A stretch of DNA of 30,230 bases. Origin: Candidatus Velthaea sp. (GTDB lineage: Bacteria; Vulcanimicrobiota; Vulcanimicrobiia; Vulcanimicrobiales; Vulcanimicrobiaceae). Location: the NCBI GenBank assembly GCA_050012475.1, contig JBEKHC010000065.1:1-30230 (forward strand), given 5' to 3'. Positions 1 through 7,247 of the stretch are shown here, piece after piece. The stretch's first letter is position 1. Each line of letters begins with the position of its first letter. The notes under the pieces were generated by a model, which saw nothing but the letters and a program-made list of their open reading frames with translations, did not search any database and was not told the DNA's origin. The position numbers and the translations under genes are program-made.

Positions 1-54
1 GATGTTCTCAATTTCGAAGAGCGAGCCGCGGCTGCGAAACGTGCTAGCGCGTGA
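1..54 (+). CDS. 3' end of a putative antitoxin (partial, cut by window edge)
   Basis: Open frame DVLNFEERAAAAKRASA* whose TGA (52-54) overlaps the GTG start of the downstream toxin (GTGA coupling), as is typical of type II TA pairs. Identity inferred from position only. Confidence 0.4.
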   Translation, partial: DVLNFEERAAAAKRASA

Positions 55-401
55 AGCTCTCTCCAGGCCAAATCGTTTTAATGAATTTGCGCGATGCTTT
101 GCCGAACGAGCCTGGCAAGCGCAACAGACCATGCGTAGTCGTTGAAAACCCGAAGGTCTTCGGCGACTATGCGAACGTTATTGTCGTGCCGCTGACGCAT
201 GATCGTGCGGCGTCGTTCTCTCTAGTAATGACGACAATCGATCCGACACCCGAAAATGGTTGTGACGCGCGCTGTTATGCTGTCTCCGCACATGTCACGT
301 CTAGTTCGCGCTCGCGTATTGTCAGTGCGACCGAATCACGAATCACGTCGGAGCAGCTCGGCACCATCAGAGCACAAATCGCGCTTTGCATCGCCGCTTG
401 A
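51..401 (+). CDS. PemK/MazF-family endoribonuclease toxin
   Basis: 116 aa; pattern G-x-I-V...E-x-G-K-x-x-R-P-C-V-V-V...V-I-V-V-P-L-T plus a C-terminal helix (ITSEQLGTIRAQI), characteristic of PemK/MazF. Confidence 0.8.
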   Translation: MKLSPGQIVLMNLRDALPNEPGKRNRPCVVVENPKVFGDYANVIVVPLTHDRAASFSLVMTTIDPTPENGCDARCYAVSAHVTSSSRSRIVSATESRITSEQLGTIRAQIALCIAA

Positions 402-430
402 TAAGATTTTTTTGGGAGCGCGCCGAGGTA

Positions 431-464
431 CCCGCACAACCGCTGCGACCAGCGGCTGCGCGAG
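431..464 (-). terminator. 15-bp RNA hairpin just downstream of the PQQ dehydrogenase stop (terminator or stabiliser)
   Basis: Minus strand CTCGCGCAGCCGCTG-gtcg-CAGCGGTTGTGCGGG pairs fully, with 3 G-U pairs; lies between convergent genes. No U-tract directly after it. Confidence 0.5.
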
Positions 465-477
465 CCCTCCCAACCCG

Positions 478-2559
478 CTATTTCGCGAGTTTGAAAATCG
501 CGATCGCGTCGCCGAGCGGATAGGTCATCTGGAAGTTCCCGCCGGCCGCCACCGCCACGTACTGTACGCCGTTGACCTCATAGGTGACGGGCGGCGCGTT
601 GACGCCCGCGCCGAGATTGTAGTGCCACAGCGTCTTGCCCGTTGCGGCGTCGACGGCGTTGAAGTTGCCGTCAGCCTCGCCGAAAAAGACGAGATTGCTG
701 GCCGTCGCGAGCGCGCCGCCCATGAGCGGCTGCGCCGTCATCTTCGTCCAGGCCACTTTTCCGGTCTCGGTGTCGATCGCCACGAAGCGCCCGTCTTGAA
801 CGCCGTGCGGTGCGACGTTGGTGAAGGCGCTGCCCAGCCGCAAGGCGCCGGGAGTGTTGGTCGCCGGCTGCGTGGTGAACGTCATGAGCTGATCCATCCC
901 GAGCACGTACACGTAGTGCGTCTTGGGCGAATACGCCGGCGGCGACCATTCGCTTCCGCCGTTGGCGCCGGGGAGCATGTCGACGCCTTTTTTCGTCGGC
1001 TGGCTGAACGCATTCTTCGTAAACGCGACGTACGGATCCGATTTGCGGATGAGTTTGCCCGTGGTGCGATCGACGATGTAGTACCAGCCGACTTTGCCGG
1101 CCTCGCCCGCTGCGGGAACGGTCTTGCCGTCGACGTGCACGTCGAAGAACAAGACCGGGCTCACCGCGTCGTAATCCCAAACGTCGTGCTTGACTTCTTG
1201 ATACGCCCAGCGCAGTTTGCCGGTGTCGAGGTCGAGTCCGACGATCGAGTCGGTGTAGAGATTGTCGCCCTGGCGATTGGTGCCGTCGAGATCGGGATTC
1301 GGATTGCCGGTGCTGAACGCCACGAGGTTGGTTGCCGGGTCGATCGCCGGCGTCGTCCAGACCATCCCGCCGCCGCTCTTGGCTGAGTCGCCCGAGAACG
1401 ACGCCGGATCGGTCGCCGACCAGCGCCAGACTTCCTTGCCCGTCATCGCGTCGTACGACGCGACGAAACCCGCGATCGCCCATTCACCGCCGGCACTGCC
1501 GACGATCACGCGATGCTTGTAGACCTGCGGCGCCAGCGTCTCGGAGTACCCGACGCTCGGATCGGCGACCGTCGTTTGGAAGACCGGTTTGCCGGTCTTG
1601 GCGTCGAGCGCGACGAGCTTGTCGTCGAGCGTCACGAAATACACGTTGCCGTACGCGACGGCGACGCCGCGGTTCACCGGACCGCAGCAAATTTTGAACG
1701 GGCCCAAGTTGAAGGTCGTTTCCCAGATGCGCGCGCCGGTGGCGGCGTTGAGTGCCAGCACCTTCATCTTGCTGTTGACCACCGGCGTGGTCGCATACAT
1801 CACGCCGTCGACGACGACGGGCGTGGTTTCGAAACTCGCCGTGAAGCCGGTCTGAACGATGGCGACCGGGGTGAGCGTTCCGACATTGTCGGCAGTGATC
1901 TGATCGAGCGCCGAGTAGCGATGATTCGAATAGTTCTTGCCGCCGAGCAGCCAGTTCTTGGCATCGCCGTCGGCGCCGGCCAACATCTCGTCGCTGATGT
2001 TGACGTTCGCACCCGCCGGCAGCGGACCAAACGTTTGCGTGGTCGGCGGCGCGGCACGGACGATTTCATCCGCCTGACCGCTCGCCGCCGTAGCGTTTTC
2101 GTTCATCGCCATACCGGAAAGCTTGATCCCCGCGGCGGACGCGACGGACAGCGCCGTCGAGCCCGAAGCGTATCCGTTCTTGCTCATCAGATAGGCCGTG
2201 ACGTCGAGATAGCTTTGCTCGCTCAGGCTTCCCGGCGCGTTTTGCGGCATCTGCTTGTGAATGAAGTCGTAGAGTTGGCCCGCGGTCGGGTAGTTGGCGT
2301 CGATCGATTTCTTGAACGCCGTACCGGTAAGCGCCGGACCGGCGCCGCCGCTGAGGTTTTGCGCGTGGCATGCCGAGCAATTTGCTGCGTATACGGAACC
2401 GCCGCGAGCCGCTTGCGCGATGGTGTAGCCGCCGGACGTTGCGGCAGACGATGTCGCGCTGCCGACAGCGAGGGCAAGGACAAGCGGCGACGCGACGATA
2501 CTGCCGAGGAAAGCCCGTCGGAGAGCCCGACGCGCGCTGCCATCAGCTTGTCTGAACAT
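478..2559 (-). CDS. PQQ-dependent alcohol-type dehydrogenase with N-terminal c-type cytochrome domain
   Basis: GAAGGAG RBS; signal peptide; CSACH heme motif and distal Met (KQMP); PQQ propeller motifs (RYSALDQIT, FETTPVVVDG, vicinal CC in ICCGPVNRG, GGEW, GNPNP, HDVWDYD, PGANGGSEW, YVAVAAGG). Confidence 0.9.
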   Translation of the reverse strand: MFRQADGSARRALRRAFLGSIVASPLVLALAVGSATSSAATSGGYTIAQAARGGSVYAANCSACHAQNLSGGAGPALTGTAFKKSIDANYPTAGQLYDFIHKQMPQNAPGSLSEQSYLDVTAYLMSKNGYASGSTALSVASAAGIKLSGMAMNENATAASGQADEIVRAAPPTTQTFGPLPAGANVNISDEMLAGADGDAKNWLLGGKNYSNHRYSALDQITADNVGTLTPVAIVQTGFTASFETTPVVVDGVMYATTPVVNSKMKVLALNAATGARIWETTFNLGPFKICCGPVNRGVAVAYGNVYFVTLDDKLVALDAKTGKPVFQTTVADPSVGYSETLAPQVYKHRVIVGSAGGEWAIAGFVASYDAMTGKEVWRWSATDPASFSGDSAKSGGGMVWTTPAIDPATNLVAFSTGNPNPDLDGTNRQGDNLYTDSIVGLDLDTGKLRWAYQEVKHDVWDYDAVSPVLFFDVHVDGKTVPAAGEAGKVGWYYIVDRTTGKLIRKSDPYVAFTKNAFSQPTKKGVDMLPGANGGSEWSPPAYSPKTHYVYVLGMDQLMTFTTQPATNTPGALRLGSAFTNVAPHGVQDGRFVAIDTETGKVAWTKMTAQPLMGGALATASNLVFFGEADGNFNAVDAATGKTLWHYNLGAGVNAPPVTYEVNGVQYVAVAAGGNFQMTYPLGDAIAIFKLAK

Positions 2560-2578
2560 GCGTGCTCCTTCAATTGAG

Positions 2579-2603
2579 GTAGCACCGTACCACGTAGTGC
2601 TAC
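2579..2603 (-). promoter_or_regulatory. Palindromic operator candidate overlapping an extended -10 of the PQQ dehydrogenase gene
   Basis: GTAGCAC-N11-GTGCTAC perfect inverted repeat; the minus strand within it reads TGgTACGGT; about 20 nt upstream of the ATG. Confidence 0.45.
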
Positions 2604-2679
2604 GCGCTATCCTATTCCCACTGCCGAGCGCGGTAAAGCGCGGGCGCGGCGAAGAGCTGCCGAAGCCATTGCTAGGAGA

Positions 2680-3591
2680 TTAGGGGTGCTGCGCGGCCGT
2701 TGCGCGGCCGAAGCTGGGGATGATGCGCCGGAATCGGCGCGCCACCGCGTTCGCTGCGCGATCCGGCGGCACGTAGTCGGACCAGGGCGTCTTTTTCAAG
2801 AACTCCCAGTACAGGAAGGCCAGCGGATGCCGGCAGCGGGCAAACCACGGTTTGAGCGCGGTAAAGTGAACGATCCGCGCCGCCCGCAACAGGCTGCTTG
2901 ACGCGTCTTCGACCGCTTCGCTCTCGACGTGTGAATTCTGGAAATTCCAAATAACGTTCAAGCTCAGCACGTCCCCGGCCAGCACGTAATTGAGCGCGCA
3001 CTGCGCCCAATATTTCAACCGTTCGGGATGCGCGCGGCAAAACGCCAACGCCTTTTTGGTCACCTGCTCCTCGCGCCAGCGATCGAGGTCGATGAGCATC
3101 ACGCCGGAGTTGTAGTACGTTAGGCCGCCGGTGAGGACCACGCGCCGCCGGCGCTCTTGTCCTTCGTCCGGCGTCGCGTCGGCGACCGCTGCCACGATGT
3201 TGTCGTCGAGATCGATCTGCCACAGCGGCAGCACGTCGCCTGCGATGACGATATCGGCGTCGAAATAGAGCACGCGCTGCAAGTCGCGCGGGAGCACGTC
3301 GTCGATCAGCAGCCGAAAGTACGCGGCGTGCGGGATATGCTCCGACACGTGCAGATCGCGGACCAGATTCGGATCGATCTCGATCAGCCGGATTTGGCAG
3401 TTGGGATGGCTTTCGAGTTGATCGAGGCGCTCGGCATAACGAAAGCCGGCCGGCACCAACACGAACACGCGAAAATCATGGTCCGGATTGTTCGAAACCA
3501 TCGACTCGACGAGGACGTGCGCATGCTGCGCGTAGCCGTCATCGCATGCCGTGACAATACTGATGGTCTCGCGGCATCCCGCAACAAACAC
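2680..3591 (-). CDS. Glycosyltransferase family 8 protein
   Basis: IVTACDDGY, AYFRLLIDDVLP, VLYFDADIV (DxD), YYNSGVMLIDL, IVHF..KPW motifs. Start codon uncertain. Confidence 0.85.
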   Translation of the reverse strand: MFVAGCRETISIVTACDDGYAQHAHVLVESMVSNNPDHDFRVFVLVPAGFRYAERLDQLESHPNCQIRLIEIDPNLVRDLHVSEHIPHAAYFRLLIDDVLPRDLQRVLYFDADIVIAGDVLPLWQIDLDDNIVAAVADATPDEGQERRRRVVLTGGLTYYNSGVMLIDLDRWREEQVTKKALAFCRAHPERLKYWAQCALNYVLAGDVLSLNVIWNFQNSHVESEAVEDASSSLLRAARIVHFTALKPWFARCRHPLAFLYWEFLKKTPWSDYVPPDRAANAVARRFRRIIPSFGRATAAQHP

Positions 3592-3676
3592 TCTTCAAAC
3601 CCTCTTGAACGTATCCTCGGCAGCCCCAGCGACCAACCTTAGCCGAACGCCGCGACCGCGTCCAAATTCCGGGGCG

Positions 3677-5134
3677 TTAGGACCCCGTCGGATCCGCTTC
3701 GGCTCGCAAGCGAAAGACCGGGATCGCATAGCCCACGACGATCGTGACGGCGGCGTTCGCGCCGAGCGCAACGATACCGACGTTGATGCCGCCGATCACG
3801 CTCGTCTTCGCGGCGGCGAACGCAGCCAGCGTGGCGATGCCGGTGATGATGCCCGCGCCGACGCCCGCGGCACTCGGGCGGACCCGTGCGAACGATAAGG
3901 CCACACCCGGAAATAGCTGCGTGATGCCGTTGTAGGCGATGAGCAGGAGGCCGACCAAGGTCGTCTTTGCCAGCGCCCAAAAGGCGAACGCCAAGCACGC
4001 TACGGCAAGCACCAGCAGACGCGTCGCGCGCGTCTGGGCCGCGGGCGTCTTGGCCAGCCCGAACGTGTCGCCCAGGACATTTTTCGACACGATGCTCGCA
4101 GCGGCGAGAATCTGCACCGACGCCGGAACCAAGCCGGCCAAACATCCGGCGGCGGCGATCCCGCCCAGAACCCAGGGCGAATAGTAGCGCTGCACGACGA
4201 GCATGAACGATTGATCGGCGGCCGGGCCCTTGAGGCCGGGCAGCACGAGCAGTGCGGTGAAACCCGCGAAATACACCAGCAGCAGCATCAGCTGATACAA
4301 GGGCAACGCGATCGCGTTGCGCCGCAGCGTGTCTTCGTTTTTCGCGCTGTAGACGGCCGCCAGCGATTGCGGCCACATGTAGAACCCCAGCGCCGTGAGC
4401 GCGACGGTCGAAACGAACCAGGTGACGCCGTTGGCCGACGCGTCGCCCGTCAGCGTCATCCAGTGCGGCTGCCGAGCCAGGACCGCGTCGATCGCGCCCG
4501 CGGGTGAGCCGAAGAAGCGGATCGGCAGCACGATGCCCGCAAAGATGACGCCGGCGAGCACCATGGCATCTTTGATCGTGCTTGCCCAGGCCGCGCCGCG
4601 CAAGCCCGTGCCGAAGACGAAGACCACGATGAGCGCGAACGCGACGCCCACCGCGACGAGCGAGTTAATCGCGCCGTAGCCGGCGATCGAGAGCAGCACT
4701 TGCACGCCCGTCAATTGCAGCGTTGCGTACGGGATGAGAAAAACGAACCCCACGAGCGCGACGAGTGCTCCCAGCCACGGACTGCGGTACTGATGCACGA
4801 ACAAGTCCGGCCCGGTGAGAAAGTTATTGCGTTGCGCGAGCCGCCAGATCGGCGGCAGCAAGAAGTACGATAAAATATACGCCAGCGTGCCGTAGCACAA
4901 GATATAAAACGCCGGCGCCCCTTTGCCGTACGCCCAGCCGGCCGCACCCAGAAAGGTGAAGCTGGTATAGATTTCGCCGGCCAGCAGCAGCCACAAAAAC
5001 AGCGCGCCGAACGAGCGGCCGCCGACGATGTATTGCTCGGGGTCCATCGCGATGCGCCGCACCCCGAAGGCGCCGAGGCCAAGAGTTGCCGCCAACACCG
5101 CGGCGATGACGCCGATCGCAATCGCCGCGTTCAT
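3677..5134 (-). CDS. Sodium:solute symporter family permease (YhjB-like)
   Basis: 485 aa, many hydrophobic helices; YIVGGRSFG, GEIYTSFTFLGAAGWAY and GLRGAAW motifs. Confidence 0.9.
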   Translation of the reverse strand: MNAAIAIGVIAAVLAATLGLGAFGVRRIAMDPEQYIVGGRSFGALFLWLLLAGEIYTSFTFLGAAGWAYGKGAPAFYILCYGTLAYILSYFLLPPIWRLAQRNNFLTGPDLFVHQYRSPWLGALVALVGFVFLIPYATLQLTGVQVLLSIAGYGAINSLVAVGVAFALIVVFVFGTGLRGAAWASTIKDAMVLAGVIFAGIVLPIRFFGSPAGAIDAVLARQPHWMTLTGDASANGVTWFVSTVALTALGFYMWPQSLAAVYSAKNEDTLRRNAIALPLYQLMLLLVYFAGFTALLVLPGLKGPAADQSFMLVVQRYYSPWVLGGIAAAGCLAGLVPASVQILAAASIVSKNVLGDTFGLAKTPAAQTRATRLLVLAVACLAFAFWALAKTTLVGLLLIAYNGITQLFPGVALSFARVRPSAAGVGAGIITGIATLAAFAAAKTSVIGGINVGIVALGANAAVTIVVGYAIPVFRLRAEADPTGS

Positions 5135-5325
5135 GTGCGGTGCTCGCTGCGGTAGACGGCCAGCAGAAACGCCGGCGTCAGCACGATCCAGATCACGATG
5201 TACGCCAGCAAGAACGGCAGGCCGAAGATCCGGGGCTCGACCCGGTTCGCCAGCGGAATGCCCAACGTCAGCGCGAGCACCGGCACGAGCGCTAACCCAA
5301 CCGCAAGCGGAGTCGTCTGCTTCAC
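5131..5325 (-). CDS. Small two-TM accessory protein of the symporter (DUF3311/YhjC-like)
   Basis: 64 aa; NRVEPRIFGLPFLLAY..W motif; ATGA overlap with the symporter. Confidence 0.8.
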   Translation of the reverse strand: MKQTTPLAVGLALVPVLALTLGIPLANRVEPRIFGLPFLLAYIVIWIVLTPAFLLAVYRSEHRT

Positions 5326-5390
5326 CTTGCGGCCTTACCCCGGGAGCGGCCCCGTCATGTCTGCCAATCGGCGCAAAACGCCGCCGGAAC

Positions 5391-7166
5391 TCAGAGCGAG
5401 GCGTGCGGGCGCAAGAGCGCGGGCCGGGCCGCTACGGCGTGCGAGCCGCCGCGCAGCACGACGCGGGCGTGGCTGCCGCCGCCGGGCCGTTCACACACCG
5501 TGAAATCGATCGCCGTCGTCGCGATGACGAACGTGCCGCGGCCGCACTCGGCATAGGGATCGGGCGGACGCCGGACGATGTGGTAGCTGCGCCCGCCGTG
5601 ATCCAAGACGTGCAGGACGCTGTGGGCACCGCGGTGATCGATGACCACGACGACGTCCTGGGCGTGTCCGGCATGCCGCACGACGTTGCCGATCAGCTCG
5701 CTGAAAATCAGTTCGGCTGCGGCAAGATCGTCGGCGCGAACGGCTTGCGCTGCGAGCGAGGCGACGAACTCGCCGCGCGCAACTGCCGCAGCGGTGGCGT
5801 CGCGAACGTCGAACTGCCAGCGCCGGCAGTGTTCGGCGGCTTCATCGCCGTCGGTGCGCGCGACGAGCACGGCAACGTCATCGAACGAACCGGCGGGAAT
5901 GGCGCGCCGCCGGATGGCGTCGGCGGGATCCGGCGCCGCTGTCGTGACCACCCACGCGGCGGCTTCGTGCAGAGCGGCGATCCCCGCGATCACGTCGTGT
6001 CCGGCTTCGATCATGCCGTCGGTGTAGAGCACGAGCGTATCGCCCTGCGCGATCTCGGCGACGCTGGCATGACCGTGAAACCCTTCGCGCAGACCGATCA
6101 GCAGCGAATGCGGATCGTTCAATTCTCGCACGGTCCCGTCGGCCGCCACGGCCAGCGGCGGCGGATGGCCGGCCGATGCATAGGTGATGGTGCGCTCGAC
6201 CAAATCCAGGAGCCCGACCCAAGCGGAGACGTAGACGCCGGGATACTCGAGGTACAGCGCACGATCGGCGGCGTCGAGAATGAGCATCGGATCGGGGTGC
6301 AGCTGCGCGATGCCGCGCATAACCTGACGAACCACGCCGACGACGACCGCGGATTCCAGCCCACTGCCCGAAACGTCACCGATCGAAAGCAAAATGCGCC
6401 CGTCGATGAGGTGCACCGCGTCGTACCAATCACCGCCGACTTGCGCTTCGGCCAGCCCCGGTTCGTAGAGCGCATCGAACGTACAGCCCGGCACCGCCGG
6501 CAGCGTTGCCGGCAGGACCGCGCGTTGGAATGCGGTCGAACACTCGCGTTCGCGCTGGGCCTCGAGCTCGGCGGCACGCTGGCGCGCCCCGGCATGCATC
6601 AGACGCAGCCGCTCGGCCCCGGTGCGCTCGGTAATGTCGGCGAGCACGGCCAGGGTGAAGCCGGCTCCGCCGCTTTGCACCGGGCTGAGCGCGATCTCGA
6701 GCGGCACTTCGGTACCGTCTTTGCGGCATCCGCACAGATCGCGGCCGACGCCCATCGGCCGCACGATCGAGGTGCTGCCCAAAGCGTTGCGCAGGTCGCC
6801 ATGCCGCCGTGCGAAGCGTTTGGGAATGAGCATTTCGACAGGTCGGCCCAGCAGCTCGTCGCGCCGGTAACCAAAGAGCTTTTCCGTCTGCGCGTTGACG
6901 AGCGTGATACAGCCGCGCCCGTCGGCGAGGATTATCGCCGTCGGCGCGGACTCGACGATCGCTCGGAACAGCTCGCCGGGAACGGCAGCGCGCGTTGCAT
7001 GCTCGACGGAGCGCAGCCCGGACATCAGTTCGTCCAGCCCGCACAGCGAAGCGACGACGCTCTGTACGTTTCCCGGCGTCGGTTCGGTTTCTCCCTGGAC
7101 GAATGACTCCAGACCGGTCATCGCTTCGGCCAAGCCGGCACGCAACGTCTGCAGCGGACTCTTCAT
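5391..7166 (-). CDS. Pseudo-DHp + PAS + SpoIIE/PP2C phosphatase + RsbW-type HATPase protein (paralog 1)
   Basis: AAGGAG RBS before ATG 7166; PAS (VNAQTEKLFGY...RKDGTEVP); PP2C motifs GGDWYD, GDVSGSG, SAGHPPP, LYTDG, DDVAVL; N-box SELIGNVVRHA. Confidence 0.85.
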   Translation of the reverse strand: MKSPLQTLRAGLAEAMTGLESFVQGETEPTPGNVQSVVASLCGLDELMSGLRSVEHATRAAVPGELFRAIVESAPTAIILADGRGCITLVNAQTEKLFGYRRDELLGRPVEMLIPKRFARRHGDLRNALGSTSIVRPMGVGRDLCGCRKDGTEVPLEIALSPVQSGGAGFTLAVLADITERTGAERLRLMHAGARQRAAELEAQRERECSTAFQRAVLPATLPAVPGCTFDALYEPGLAEAQVGGDWYDAVHLIDGRILLSIGDVSGSGLESAVVVGVVRQVMRGIAQLHPDPMLILDAADRALYLEYPGVYVSAWVGLLDLVERTITYASAGHPPPLAVAADGTVRELNDPHSLLIGLREGFHGHASVAEIAQGDTLVLYTDGMIEAGHDVIAGIAALHEAAAWVVTTAAPDPADAIRRRAIPAGSFDDVAVLVARTDGDEAAEHCRRWQFDVRDATAAAVARGEFVASLAAQAVRADDLAAAELIFSELIGNVVRHAGHAQDVVVVIDHRGAHSVLHVLDHGGRSYHIVRRPPDPYAECGRGTFVIATTAIDFTVCERPGGGSHARVVLRGGSHAVAARPALLRPHASL

Positions 7167-7247
7167 GCGCTCCTTTTGGGAATCGACCTTTCGCGTCACG
7201 AGCAGCCGGTGCCCTGGTCGGATGATAAACCAGAGGTTAAAGCCGCG

